Shown in pieces: positions 46,649 through 56,777 of a stretch of 64,000 nt of DNA. Made by a program: the position numbers and the translations under genes. Every line of letters starts with the position of its first letter. Positions within the stretch are counted from its first letter, which is position 1. Source of the stretch: Escherichia phage vB_EcoM_G2469; sequence record MK327934.1; one strand, given 5' to 3'. A model generated the notes under the pieces. That model ran no database searches. It saw only the letters and a program-made list of their open reading frames with translations, and was not told the origin of the DNA.

Positions 46649-48462
46649 TGGTGTTTAACCCTATGCATGATTTCTTTATTTTTACCGAGATTAAATCCGC
46701 GTTCGTTCGGATTTCCCAAATAACCGCATGTTCTTCTTATGGTGTTCATCTTTTTAGGATCAGTTTCTCCACAGATAGAACAAACAAATCCGTTTTCAGT
46801 AGGAGTCATTTCATGGGTACTTCCACATGTAAAACATTTATCTACTGGCATATTAACACCAAAATAATCTAAATGTTGTGCAGCATAATCCCAGACGGCC
46901 TCAAGTCCTTTTAAGTTATTTTTCATATCAGGAAGTTCAACATAAGAAATGTGACCACCTGTCGCAATGAAATGATATGGCGCTTCACGAGAAATCTTTT
47001 CAAACGGAGTAATATTTTCTTCTACTGAAACGTGGAAACTGTTAGTGTACCAGCCTTTATCGGTAACATCTTTTACACTTCCATATTTTTCTGTATCGAG
47101 TTTACAGAAGCGATAACAAAGGTTTTCAGCAGGAGTAGAATACAAACTAAAAGCAAAACCAGTTCTTTCAGACCACTGTTTAAGATGAGCATTCATTTTA
47201 GTTAAAATTTCTTGTCCAATATCACGACCGACAAGAATATTCAATTCGTGAATACCAATGTATCCTAAAGACACTGAACTTCTACCGTTTTTAAATAACT
47301 CAATTATGTCGTCATCAGGTTTAAGACGAACCCCGAATGCACCTTCTTGGTAAAGAATAGGAGCAACAGTTGCTTTAACACCCTTTAAAGAACTAATTCT
47401 ACACATCAAGGCTTCAAAACACAGATCCATTCGTTCATTAAACAATTCGATAAATTTCTGTTCATTGAACTGTGTTCCAATATAAGAATCTAATGCGATA
47501 CGAGGAAGATTCAGTGTTACAACACCAAGATTATTACGTCCATCAAGAATTTCATTACCGGTTGAATCTTTCCACACACTCAAAAAACTGCGGCAACCCA
47601 TTGGAGAAACAGGAATAGATGAGCCGGTGATAGCTTTATTGTTCTTAGCTGAAATAATATCAGGATACATTCTTTTGCTTGCACATTCTAACGCAAGTTG
47701 TTTAATATCATAGTTCGGATCATCTTTATAAAGATTAACACCTTCTTCAACAAACATAACAAGCTTAGGGAAAATAGGAGTTATCCCATCACGACCAAGA
47801 CCTTTAATACGATTTTTCAGAATTGCTTTCTGAATCATTCGTTCAGTCCAGTCAGTTCCCGTACCAAATGTAATTGTTACAAAAGGCGTTTGCCCGTTTG
47901 AACTAAAGAGAGTGTTTACTTCATATTCATAAGCTTGGAATGCATCGTATACATCTTTTTCTGTTTTAGATTGAGCATAATTCAACGCATCAGCGATTTG
48001 CCATTTTTCTGCATCCTCAATATGTTTTGCATAGGTGCGTTTAACATAAGGAGAAAGTACTTTATCTACATTAGCAAAAGTCGTTCCGCCGTATTGGTGG
48101 GAAGCAACTTGTGCAGTAATTTGTGCCATAATTGCAGTAGCAACACCAATCGATTTAGGCGTTTCAATTTGAGCATTGCCTAATTTAAATCCGTTCTCAA
48201 GCATCCCCTTTAAATCGACTAAACAGCAATTAGTAAATGGAAGAGCAGGGGAATAATCAATATCGTGGAAATGGATAATTCCGCTTTCATGTGCTTTCAT
48301 AATAAAAGACGGGACCATATTTTTGGCAATGTGTTTAGACACAATACCAGCCATAAGGTCCCGTTGAGTTGGAAAAACACGAGAATCTTTATTAGCATTC
48401 TCGTTTAAAAGGTCTTTATTAGTTTTATTAATCAGTCCTTCAATTTCTTTTTCAATTTTCAT
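46645..48462 (-). CDS. nrdD: anaerobic ribonucleoside-triphosphate reductase
   Basis: 605 aa uninterrupted; C-terminal glycyl-radical motif RTCGYLG and zinc site CFTCG...CSIC. Confidence 0.95.
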   Translation of the reverse strand: MKIEKEIEGLINKTNKDLLNENANKDSRVFPTQRDLMAGIVSKHIAKNMVPSFIMKAHESGIIHFHDIDYSPALPFTNCCLVDLKGMLENGFKLGNAQIETPKSIGVATAIMAQITAQVASHQYGGTTFANVDKVLSPYVKRTYAKHIEDAEKWQIADALNYAQSKTEKDVYDAFQAYEYEVNTLFSSNGQTPFVTITFGTGTDWTERMIQKAILKNRIKGLGRDGITPIFPKLVMFVEEGVNLYKDDPNYDIKQLALECASKRMYPDIISAKNNKAITGSSIPVSPMGCRSFLSVWKDSTGNEILDGRNNLGVVTLNLPRIALDSYIGTQFNEQKFIELFNERMDLCFEALMCRISSLKGVKATVAPILYQEGAFGVRLKPDDDIIELFKNGRSSVSLGYIGIHELNILVGRDIGQEILTKMNAHLKQWSERTGFAFSLYSTPAENLCYRFCKLDTEKYGSVKDVTDKGWYTNSFHVSVEENITPFEKISREAPYHFIATGGHISYVELPDMKNNLKGLEAVWDYAAQHLDYFGVNMPVDKCFTCGSTHEMTPTENGFVCSICGETDPKKMNTIRRTCGYLGNPNERGFNLGKNKEIMHRVKHQ

Positions 48463-48932
48463 TTTAAACTCTTTCTAAGCTGCTTTTTGAATGAAGCTAT
48501 TAATTGTGTTTTAGTATCAGATTCATTATATTCAAATCCTCTTTGAAGCATCTCGGTCATCATTTCCTCTTTACCTAGTCTTGAGAACTCTTTAGTTTTG
48601 TCTGGAACAAAATTAGGATGGATATTATTAGCAGAATAATCTTGTTTCAAATAAGCAAGAAGAGCTTCAAGCCATTCGAGGTAGTCGACATCACGACCTT
48701 TAAGACCAGAACGGTTGAACTTATGCTTCATTTGGCCTTCTGCTGCGTTGCACAGAGAACAGAGTAACCCACGAACTCTACCGGCTTTTGGCCCGTTTAA
48801 TTCATGGTCGTGGTCAAGATGGTTACCTTGAACATCAGGGTCTAATTCACGGTGGCAAATAGGACACTTACCATTCTGTGCATCATAAAATTTTTGTTTT
48901 TCTTCTTTATATTTTGCGCCTGATAATAACAT
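48459..48932 (-). CDS. 49: endonuclease VII (Holliday junction resolvase)
   Basis: 157 aa; zinc and H-N-H motifs CPICH...HLDHDH...CSLCN. Confidence 0.85.
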   Translation of the reverse strand: MLLSGAKYKEEKQKFYDAQNGKCPICHRELDPDVQGNHLDHDHELNGPKAGRVRGLLCSLCNAAEGQMKHKFNRSGLKGRDVDYLEWLEALLAYLKQDYSANNIHPNFVPDKTKEFSRLGKEEMMTEMLQRGFEYNESDTKTQLIASFKKQLRKSLK

Positions 48933-48967
48933 GATAAACCCTTACCTTAAATAGATAAGGGTATTTA

Positions 48968-49393
48968 TTAACTTAAACGTCTTTCTAAATATTCAATGTA
49001 TTCTGCGGCTGCTTGCATCAGGTTACCTTCATAGCCGTCGTTATTTTCTTGTCCGGCTAATTTAGCTAATGCATAAGAAATTCGTTCACCTTCGAATTCA
49101 CCAAGTTTACTACCTAGCACATCCGCAATATCAGCCGAATCAATTTCTTCGAGTTCATCTATTGAATGTGATTCCCAGAAGCACCAAAGAGAAGTATCAC
49201 GGTCATAGATGCAAAGTTTCTCACCAGTATTCAACATCACTTCAATAATGCCATGGTCGCCATAACCATCTTCGGTCGTAGTACCAATTACCTTGATGAT
49301 TGTATCTTTCTTTAATTCAGGAAACTTATCTTGGAGTTCTTCGTCATCTTTAACAATCTTGAACCACTTACCACGTGTGTCAGAAATATTCAT
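48968..49393 (-). CDS. acidic hypothetical protein
   Basis: 141-aa ORF, ATG start. Confidence 0.5.
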   Translation of the reverse strand: MNISDTRGKWFKIVKDDEELQDKFPELKKDTIIKVIGTTTEDGYGDHGIIEVMLNTGEKLCIYDRDTSLWCFWESHSIDELEEIDSADIADVLGSKLGEFEGERISYALAKLAGQENNDGYEGNLMQAAAEYIEYLERRLS

Positions 49394-49394
49394 A

Positions 49395-49565
49395 TCAATA
49401 TCCTCTATAAAAGTTGCGATGCGTGCGTTTCGCTTTGCGAAGCTGACGTTTAGTTGGTCGAACCGTAAATGGTCGTCCGGAGAAAAAATTTGGTTCAGTT
49501 TTAATCAACACATACCAATCGTGTTCGCCACTTTTTAATAAACGGTATAACAATTTAACTTGCAT
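49395..49565 (-). CDS. small basic-tailed protein
   Basis: start moved to ATG 49563-49565; C-terminus VRPTKRQLRKAKR. Confidence 0.4.
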   Translation of the reverse strand: MQVKLLYRLLKSGEHDWYVLIKTEPNFFSGRPFTVRPTKRQLRKAKRTHRNFYRGY

Positions 49566-49693
49566 AATAATCTCTTCCCATTTCCAAATCAATCATATCG
49601 TTTACTGTAGGTTCATCATAACACGTTTCTTCGTCGTTGTAAACTGTTTCGACGTCTGGCTCGACAGTTTCCCATCGAGCCGAATACCATGGT

Positions 49694-50050
49694 TTAGCCC
49701 CGGAGTTTATTGAGCTCTTCATAATCAATCCAGGATTCTAGCCCTGACGGCAGATCACATTCAATGTTCCACAGAAGCTCTTCAATGGCTTGCAGGCGAT
49801 TATATTCTTCAACGGTAATGGTAACCATTGGTGCAACCGGTTCTGCCTTTTTAACCATCATATCGTTCATCAGGACGTAAAGGCCATCACGAACGACAGT
49901 GTCGTTCCAACCCCATGATTTGGCTTCGTAAGCTAATGATGAAGGGAGCACATTTAAAACTTCAATAATAGTTGGAGCATCAGGACCAAGTTCATTGGCA
50001 CAAACTTCGTATACATCTTGGAAATCTTTAAGATTTAATGAATATGTCAT
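49694..50050 (-). CDS. hypothetical protein
   Basis: 118-aa ORF, ATG start. Confidence 0.5.
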   Translation of the reverse strand: MTYSLNLKDFQDVYEVCANELGPDAPTIIEVLNVLPSSLAYEAKSWGWNDTVVRDGLYVLMNDMMVKKAEPVAPMVTITVEEYNRLQAIEELLWNIECDLPSGLESWIDYEELNKLRG

Positions 50051-50310
50051 TTAAAATATTCTCGTAGTTGGTCAAAGCCACCGATCGAAGTTCCATCAGG
50101 AGCAAACACCTGAGGCATCGTCAATCCAACATGTGTTTCACGTCCAAGCTTAGCCAGAAGCTCAGCAATTTTTTCTTCATCGAATACACCTTTTTCTGGC
50201 ATAACATTAATGAATTCGAACGGCTGTTTCTTAACAGTCAGCAATCGTTTCGCATTATCACAATAAATGCATTTATGAATAGTAGAGTCATACCCGTACA
50301 CTTTAAACAT
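50047..50310 (-). CDS. nrdC: thioredoxin/glutaredoxin NrdC
   Basis: T4 NrdC-like (MFKVYGYDS...CVYC-type active site); start at ATG 50308-50310 gives 87 aa. Confidence 0.85.
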   Translation of the reverse strand: MFKVYGYDSTIHKCIYCDNAKRLLTVKKQPFEFINVMPEKGVFDEEKIAELLAKLGRETHVGLTMPQVFAPDGTSIGGFDQLREYFK

Positions 50311-50716
50311 TATTTTTCCTTTCATCGATTAAATATGCAATGCCAAATACAATACATGTAATAAAACCTGTGATACAGATAGAAACCAACAACACTGTAC
50401 CAAAGAACCAAATCAAGTTATCTTTAGTAGTTTGTTTGATATCCATCTCACGAATTTCTATAGCTATCGTATCACCTTTATTCAGAAGCGTATAAAACGA
50501 CGGTGATACACGCCTGTCAAAAACTCGTCCTTGCTCATCTTTATAGACTGCAATAAATTCTAATTTAGAATATTTTCCTGTAGATTGGCCTGAGATTAAT
50601 TCCACTACCTCCACAGGAATTACTTTAGTTTCCATGTAAGTATTCTGACTGTTCCAAATGAATGGAATAATAGCAAAAACTAAAGCTGCGATAAAACAAC
50701 GAAGGCTATATCTCAT
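50303..50716 (-). CDS. membrane protein
   Basis: 137 aa, N- and C-terminal TM helices. Confidence 0.5.
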   Translation of the reverse strand: MRYSLRCFIAALVFAIIPFIWNSQNTYMETKVIPVEVVELISGQSTGKYSKLEFIAVYKDEQGRVFDRRVSPSFYTLLNKGDTIAIEIREMDIKQTTKDNLIWFFGTVLLVSICITGFITCIVFGIAYLIDERKNNV

Positions 50717-51021
50717 TATAATGTTCTCTCAAATTTGTGGAAGCATTTACGGCATTTCAATTTCAAGTTATCAGTGGTCCAGTTAACCAGTTGGACTTGG
50801 ATAGTTCCACATTCCGGGCATGGATGTTTTGCTGCCGATTTGGCAGCATTTTCACGTCGTTCAACCATTTTCATTATTTCGTTCCATGCCGGAGGAACGA
50901 ACTCTTCTTCACCGTGGATTTTATCTCGCTGAACAAATTCAATCTTTGAACTATCGTCAATAAACTTAACCAAGCGGTGATTAGTGTTCATATCAATATC
51001 CTCTAGAAGACGTAGGTTCAT
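50716..51021 (-). CDS. zinc-ribbon protein
   Basis: 101 aa; CPECG...CRKC. Confidence 0.5.
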   Translation of the reverse strand: MNLRLLEDIDMNTNHRLVKFIDDSSKIEFVQRDKIHGEEEFVPPAWNEIMKMVERRENAAKSAAKHPCPECGTIQVQLVNWTTDNLKLKCRKCFHKFERTL

Positions 51022-51971
51022 TATAACACCTCAATGGCATTTCGTAAACCGTCCGCTTTCGCATTCAGAGCTTTTAATGATTTAGTTTGTTCTGCAATTT
51101 GGGCTTCGACTTCTTTCAGACGAGATTTGAGATATTCGCGTTCTTCAGCCATGATATCGACCTTTTCTGCTTTAGGTTCTTTAATAGGCTTAGGTTTATA
51201 CGTATTAGGGTTCTTCAGCTTAATTCGGGTACGAGAACTGTATAACATTGAACCGTTATCTTCGGATTCGTCGAACGTTTCAACAACATCCATAGTCTCT
51301 AACAATGTAATAAGTTTATAAGACAACGAACGAATAGTTTTGTTGTGCTTATTAATTTCTTCGGCTTTCATGGTACCGAGATTACGTGAGTAATAATAAG
51401 GAACCTGGATATCAATTGATAATGATGCGTTACCATTACCGGTTGGTTTGAATACTGCAGTAACCCAATCTTTAACATGAACTTTATTTGTACGACCATC
51501 ACCGCCTGTGAATAATTTACGAGAATGTTTAAAAAGCATATTCACTTGTTTATTGAATTCACAAGCAAATTTATCAGCGAATTTAGTTTCAGGAATGGTA
51601 GATAACCAATCAGCCAAATGAGTCTTTTTAACATCATTAACAATAGTGAATTCAACCAAATCGGTTTTAGATGTCACAGATTTAATAAAGCTCGGCTTCA
51701 TAAAGTTTTTAATGTTATCGCGAGCTACAGTAGAAGATAATAAACGAGAACGTTTGAACCATTGAAGCAGTGTCCCTAATGAATGAGAATACGCATTCTG
51801 AGTATCTTTACAGATATGATTTTCTTGGCCTGTGTATGTACCAAAATCGCGAAGAATACCACTTACTACATCTCGGTGTGGAACATCAAATCCTAGTGCG
51901 CCAGTAGCGCGCTGAGCATGAACGTTAGCGATAAGGCCGGCAAAGTATTCAATGTAATGTGAACGTGTCAT
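51021..51971 (-). CDS. hypothetical protein with C-terminal coiled coil
   Basis: 316-aa ORF, ATG start. Confidence 0.55.
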   Translation of the reverse strand: MTRSHYIEYFAGLIANVHAQRATGALGFDVPHRDVVSGILRDFGTYTGQENHICKDTQNAYSHSLGTLLQWFKRSRLLSSTVARDNIKNFMKPSFIKSVTSKTDLVEFTIVNDVKKTHLADWLSTIPETKFADKFACEFNKQVNMLFKHSRKLFTGGDGRTNKVHVKDWVTAVFKPTGNGNASLSIDIQVPYYYSRNLGTMKAEEINKHNKTIRSLSYKLITLLETMDVVETFDESEDNGSMLYSSRTRIKLKNPNTYKPKPIKEPKAEKVDIMAEEREYLKSRLKEVEAQIAEQTKSLKALNAKADGLRNAIEVL

Positions 51972-51999
51972 AATATTTTCCTCTCGTTAAGATAAATTC

Positions 52000-52028
52000 A
52001 TTATACTCCAACCATCCTTGGTTGTACA
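52000..52028 (-). promoter_or_regulatory. early-type promoter (TGTACA -35, TATAAT -10) with ccaaggatgg spacer element
   Basis: same spacer element as at 8355 and 8913. Confidence 0.45.
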
Positions 52029-53024
52029 TCATTCCTTAAGAAGTTTTACTACTTGAATAAGATTAGCTCGTTCTGTTTTATTTTTACCATTTAAGCCTGC
52101 TAATCGTGAGATTTCATCGTCAGTCTGTTGAATAGTTACATTAAGTTCGTTAATCAAAGCTTCAAAGTATTTGATTTGCTCAGCATGTTTTGATTCAAAT
52201 TTCTGAACAGGAATAACGTCTTGGTTCAGTTCATCAATAAGGTCTTTAAGAGCATCTTCTTGGTTGATATCATATTCAACTTCTTTTATTTCTTCAACGA
52301 GCTCGTCTTTATATCTAACGTCTTTTAGTCCTGGAGCTGGTCCTGAAATCTCTTCTTTAAGAGTACAAACATACCCAATACGGTATCCAACGCCGTCTCG
52401 CTTGATATCAACTTCGTCGATAAATCCACAATGTTTAAGTCCAGAGCCGATTATGTCAAAATATCCTTGACGTCGTCCTTCAAACGTTACACGAACTACT
52501 AAGACGGTTTTGCCACCGACCTTTTGAAGCTCACATTTATAAAAGTTTGTTGAACCTGAATAACATGGATGAGTTTTAAAGTTCATCTGACGATCTAGGC
52601 CCATTTGTAAACGTGCTGTTACGGCCATAAACCGTGTTTGGTTCTCGTTAAGATGAGCAACAATCCATTTCAAAGGCATTTTACCCTGTTCACGGCCGAA
52701 CAAATCAGTACGTCCTAGATTACGCAGGATGTTGTTAGAGTTAATCATCGACAGAACGTTAAGTTTATTCAGCGCGCTGAAGATTCCATCAGCCATTGAT
52801 TTTCCATAACCTTTACACGCTTTAATAAGTGCTCGCGGCAGATTAGTATAGATTTCAGACGGCATATGAAAATCAAATTTACTAGTCAGTAATTGATGAA
52901 CTTGGATAGCAATTTGCTCATAATTAAGTGCTCTGCGATCGTTATGGTCTTTAAACCATACTTTAATCTGTGAAGCACATAAACCGTTAATTTCATGTTT
53001 TACCGCATCAGATGTAATGCTCAT
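52029..53024 (-). CDS. hypothetical protein with C-terminal coiled coil
   Basis: 331-aa ORF, ATG start. Confidence 0.55.
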   Translation of the reverse strand: MSITSDAVKHEINGLCASQIKVWFKDHNDRRALNYEQIAIQVHQLLTSKFDFHMPSEIYTNLPRALIKACKGYGKSMADGIFSALNKLNVLSMINSNNILRNLGRTDLFGREQGKMPLKWIVAHLNENQTRFMAVTARLQMGLDRQMNFKTHPCYSGSTNFYKCELQKVGGKTVLVVRVTFEGRRQGYFDIIGSGLKHCGFIDEVDIKRDGVGYRIGYVCTLKEEISGPAPGLKDVRYKDELVEEIKEVEYDINQEDALKDLIDELNQDVIPVQKFESKHAEQIKYFEALINELNVTIQQTDDEISRLAGLNGKNKTERANLIQVVKLLKE

Positions 53025-53086
53025 AACTATTTCCTCAGATTGAATTGGAACTCAAAACCATTATAACCCGTCCTTGGGTAAAGCGT

Positions 53087-53614
53087 TTATGCGTGAACCG
53101 TCTTTAAACGTTCTTCAAATTTCCGAAGAGTACTAATACGTTCTGCTTTCTGTTTTGTATAGTTTGCAATACGTTCTGAAGTGAGAGCGTATCGTTCGTT
53201 TACTGTTTCTTTCATGAAGTCAGGGATTTCACGAGAAGCTTTAATTTCATCAAACTTATCGAGTACTGCCTGGTCTTCAGCAATTAAATTTTCGTACATC
53301 TCGATATCTTTCTTGATGAAGTCGATATCTTCCTGGGTTACTTTGGATAAACGAGATGCTTTATCCTTTTTGTACTGCTCGTTAGTTTCACGAGACCAGA
53401 ATAATGTACGTTTTTTGTTAGTGTTTTTGTAGACTTCCACAATTCCAACTGAATCGATGATAACAATCCAATTCCAGCGAGATTTGAAAATCTGACCTCC
53501 ATCTACGGTAATCTCGTTACCATAAGCAACGTCATTAAAGAACTTGCTTTGTGCTTCAGATTTAAATTTACCGTCGTTATAATTTACCAGGTTGAAAATA
53601 TCTTTAGCGTTCAT
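53087..53614 (-). CDS. hypothetical protein
   Basis: 175-aa ORF, ATG start, ggagg SD. Confidence 0.5.
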   Translation of the reverse strand: MNAKDIFNLVNYNDGKFKSEAQSKFFNDVAYGNEITVDGGQIFKSRWNWIVIIDSVGIVEVYKNTNKKRTLFWSRETNEQYKKDKASRLSKVTQEDIDFIKKDIEMYENLIAEDQAVLDKFDEIKASREIPDFMKETVNERYALTSERIANYTKQKAERISTLRKFEERLKTVHA

Positions 53615-53641
53615 GTTTTACCTCCAGTAGTTGATAGGTCT

Positions 53642-53670
53642 ATAATAACATAACCATAGACCTTGTAAAC
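53642..53670 (-). promoter_or_regulatory. early-type promoter GTTTAC-N17-TATTAT
   Basis: shares the element ctccagtagttgataggtctataataaca with the promoter at 20286-20334. Confidence 0.5.
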
Positions 53671-53672
53671 AA

Positions 53673-53960
53673 CTAAAAGAAACTTTTTTCGGTATTTTTT
53701 CCACTGAACCAAACAGACTTCGGGATTTTTTGTAATTTTTCAGATTTAAGTTTCTCTTCCTGTTCTTTCTTATATACACCCTTGTCGTACTGGAGCATCT
53801 CTATGGCATTCTTTTGCAAACGATCTAAGGTAATTAAGGCTTTAGTTTTTCCTTTCAAGGAAGAGTCCTGGCGAACCTCCTCACTATATTGCATCGTAGA
53901 ACTAACCATACGATGAGCATACAGTTCGACTGCGGCTTTAATTTTTTGCATAAAATCCAT
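53673..53960 (-). CDS. hypothetical protein
   Basis: 95-aa ORF, ATG start. Confidence 0.45.
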   Translation of the reverse strand: MDFMQKIKAAVELYAHRMVSSTMQYSEEVRQDSSLKGKTKALITLDRLQKNAIEMLQYDKGVYKKEQEEKLKSEKLQKIPKSVWFSGKNTEKSFF

Positions 53961-54097
53961 AACATATCCTCTTTGATTTGTACATCATTATTTTAAATAT
54001 TTCTATGCCCTCAGTAGGTTCCTGGTGTCCTTCTTTGAGGTAAGCCATATGATTATTCATCTTTATGGCTTTTGTTACCTCAGAACTTCCTATAAGC

Positions 54098-55078
54098 TTA
54101 TTTCAGTAAAGTTACTTCAGAGATTTCTTCCCAACCATCTTTATCAGTTGAAATAAAATCTGCTACATAAAGAGCGGTACGTAATGATACATTGCGAAGA
54201 CGAGATACATTAGCCTTCATCCAGGACAATGCTTTATACGTTTCTGCATCCGTCAGACCACGTTTCTGCATCATGTCAGTAGATAATATTACATCTTCAA
54301 CTCGAACCATAATCTCTTCATTAGAGTGTACTCCAAGGTCGAGATACACTGAACGAGATACTAAAGCTTGAAGGTGTGGAGCAAGTTTCGAACCGCGTTC
54401 TAACTCTTTATCGATATCAACGTTTGTAATGAAAACGATAGTACCTTCAAACTCAAATTCTTTATCAATACCCTTATCATCGAGATAAGATGACGCAGTG
54501 CTCCAACAAACTTTGCGTTTATCTCCGGTATCTAATGCTGCTTTAAGAAGGTTCAAGATGTCCATATCTGAGAATACGTCAACGTCGTCGATTAAGAGAA
54601 CGCTGTCTGCATCACGGTTGAGCCAAAGTTGTTCGTAAAGGCCAATACCAGAGATTTTACCATTAATGCTTTTGTATTTGATGAAACCATTATCATTAGC
54701 ATTATTAAGTGCTTTATCCAGAGAATACGTCTTACCAATACCAGCTGCACCTGAAATAATGAGTGAACGAATTTTGCCATCGATAATGCCATTCGTCATC
54801 ATGTTCATTACTTTAAAGCGTTTGTTGATACGAGTTTTCATATCTTCGGTGCTTTCAACAACTGCAACCGGTGACGTCTCAACTCCTTCCATTACGATGT
54901 CTGATTTGAAGACCCATACTCCACGTTCAGAACCATCAATCATAACGAAAATTTTACCATCACCTAAGTGGGAACATTCAGGATTAAGCTTTGCCGGGAA
55001 CCATGTCTTTGTGGCAACATAAGAACCAGAGATTTCGTTATTACGATAGATACCTTTTTTGATTTGAACGTTGAACAT
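54098..55078 (-). CDS. P-loop ATPase (AAA-like)
   Basis: Walker A GAAGIGKT, Walker B LLIDDVD; start set to second ATG with tggaga SD. Confidence 0.6.
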   Translation of the reverse strand: MFNVQIKKGIYRNNEISGSYVATKTWFPAKLNPECSHLGDGKIFVMIDGSERGVWVFKSDIVMEGVETSPVAVVESTEDMKTRINKRFKVMNMMTNGIIDGKIRSLIISGAAGIGKTYSLDKALNNANDNGFIKYKSINGKISGIGLYEQLWLNRDADSVLLIDDVDVFSDMDILNLLKAALDTGDKRKVCWSTASSYLDDKGIDKEFEFEGTIVFITNVDIDKELERGSKLAPHLQALVSRSVYLDLGVHSNEEIMVRVEDVILSTDMMQKRGLTDAETYKALSWMKANVSRLRNVSLRTALYVADFISTDKDGWEEISEVTLLK

Positions 55079-55116
55079 TTTATTCTCCAATTTACTCATT
55101 TCGTTTCGATAGGTCT

Positions 55117-55145
55117 ATAATAACATGTTTAAAGCAAAAGTAAAC
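55117..55145 (-). promoter_or_regulatory. early-type promoter GTTTAC-N17-TATTAT with MotA-box-like TGCTTTA in spacer
   Basis: read on minus strand. Confidence 0.5.
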
Positions 55146-55147
55146 AA

Positions 55148-55369
55148 TTATTTGCGACGAGATTTTTTGGTAAGAGGTTGAAAGAACACTGCTTTACCGG
55201 CTGGGGTTAAGGTGACTCGTAATGCATTACCGATTCCTAAGGATGCTTTAACTAGACCTTTAGCTTTCAGTTCACCGAATGCTTGACGTTGGTCTGCATC
55301 ACGAGTGTTAACCATAAGACCTTTATCACCGGCTTCACGAATCATTTCTAACATTTTGGTTTTCATTTT
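55148..55369 (-). CDS. small hypothetical protein
   Basis: start moved to ATG 55367-55369 with aggag SD. Confidence 0.45.
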   Translation of the reverse strand, partial: KMKTKMLEMIREAGDKGLMVNTRDADQRQAFGELKAKGLVKASLGIGNALRVTLTPAGKAVFFQPLTKKSRRK

Positions 55370-55394
55370 GTTCTCCTCTTGTTTTGATAGGTCT

Positions 55395-55423
55395 ATAATA
55401 ACATATCCTAAAAGCATGTACAC
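55395..55423 (-). promoter_or_regulatory. early-type promoter (GTGTAC -35, TATTAT -10)
   Basis: 17-bp spacing. Confidence 0.5.
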
Positions 55424-55453
55424 TACTTTTTAAAAATATTTTAACCCCCTAAA

Positions 55454-55469
55454 GGGACCCGAAGGTCCC
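55454..55469 (-). terminator. hairpin gggacc-cgaa-ggtccc
   Basis: perfect 6-bp stem just after the stop of ORF 55475-55756; weak U-run. Confidence 0.35.
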
Positions 55470-55474
55470 CACAT

Positions 55475-55756
55475 TTACTTATCGCACTTAGCAACATAAT
55501 TAGGCATATCACAGAATACGGAGCGAGTAACTACTCGGCCCTTTGACCATGCTTCAGTTGCTTGTCCGGCCGTGCTATTAATATAGCTTGATCTGATATT
55601 CTCAATACCCTGAGAATGTGATGCATTTACCGAACCATTGGAAGGCCCAGAAGACTGGTTACCACCAGCTCCTGCACTACCGCCGGCTGGACCTGTGGTA
55701 GCACCAACAGAGAATGCCATCATTACTGCGAATAAACCAATTACTAATTTTTTCAT
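55475..55756 (-). CDS. secreted Gly/Ser-rich protein
   Basis: 93 aa; N-terminal signal peptide. Confidence 0.5.
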   Translation of the reverse strand: MKKLVIGLFAVMMAFSVGATTGPAGGSAGAGGNQSSGPSNGSVNASHSQGIENIRSSYINSTAGQATEAWSKGRVVTRSVFCDMPNYVAKCDK

Positions 55757-55787
55757 ATTTACCTCAAGTTAATGGTTATTTATCTAC

Positions 55788-56777
55788 TTATTTATAGTAA
55801 GAATTATGATTTTCGAGATAGACTTGTTCAAGGAAGTCATCCCAGAAACTCATATCTACTTTTTGTTGCATACCGTTCTTAGCGGCTTGTTCTGATGCTT
55901 GTTCAACTTGGTCAACGATATCTTCTAGGAATTCTTGTACAGTTTTAAACGTATGTTTACCAAGCTTAACATCAAGAATAAATGGAGCGTCCTGAAGTGG
56001 GTAAACCAGGTCGCCGGTTTTGTAAATTTCCAGTAGTTGAAGTCCACCACGACATGCATGACTCAATGCTTTCCAGTCAATACCTTCGTTAGCTTCTGCC
56101 TTACGAGCACGTTCACCATAGTTCTCTTCCAGTTTAACCAGGATGGCATTGAACTCTTTATTGGTTAACGTATCTTGGAATTTACGGTCTAACAGATTAT
56201 AGAATGTTTGCTTACCTGTTTTCTCGTTTTCGGTTTCAACCCACGAAGCAAATTCACCTACAGGCAGAACATTCTTCATATGTGATAAACGAATTACTGC
56301 ACCATTATCAAAGTATCGTCCCCATTCATTAGAACGTTTAAGGGCTTGACGAAGAACAGCCAGTCGAGAACCCTTGACACCGTATTTAGAAGCTTGCTTA
56401 CGGACATACCCTAAATAAGATTTCATGTTAGTGGTATAGAAACGAGACCTGTTATCTTGAATATACTTCCATACATCAGGCAAATCAGATTTAACTACTA
56501 GACTTTGTGGAGTGTGAAGCATGTCTAATGCGACGGTTTCACCATCCGCAGCTAGTTTAAAGAAATATTTGAGACTATACAACTCATGGTCCACGTCGTC
56601 TTTTGTGTTCTTAGAAGATGTGTTATTCGTGTTCTTGCTCATGTGTTCTTTAACGTTACCGGTCAAGATATCACGAGCATGAGGGACATAAATTTCTTTA
56701 AAATCGACGTCAGATTCAGGAGTAGACGTTCCATAAAGGTGGCTACCAAAGTAGCCTTTCATAATTGTTTTCATCAT
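55788..56777 (-). CDS. nucleotidyltransferase-fold protein (putative)
   Basis: 329 aa; N-terminal GSHLYGTSTPESDVDF resembles the GS...D.D minimal nucleotidyltransferase motif. Confidence 0.45.
   Translation of the reverse strand: MMKTIMKGYFGSHLYGTSTPESDVDFKEIYVPHARDILTGNVKEHMSKNTNNTSSKNTKDDVDHELYSLKYFFKLAADGETVALDMLHTPQSLVVKSDLPDVWKYIQDNRSRFYTTNMKSYLGYVRKQASKYGVKGSRLAVLRQALKRSNEWGRYFDNGAVIRLSHMKNVLPVGEFASWVETENEKTGKQTFYNLLDRKFQDTLTNKEFNAILVKLEENYGERARKAEANEGIDWKALSHACRGGLQLLEIYKTGDLVYPLQDAPFILDVKLGKHTFKTVQEFLEDIVDQVEQASEQAAKNGMQQKVDMSFWDDFLEQVYLENHNSYYK

Noticed and set aside
46645-48462. Group I intron in nrdD (T4 has one)
   Set aside because: The nrdD reading frame is continuous over 605 codons with no interruption, so no intron is present in this window.
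49555-49722. 55-aa acidic ORF between 49395-49565 and 49694-50050
   Set aside because: It overlaps both neighbours (11 nt and 29 nt) and has no clear SD; kept only as a weak possibility.
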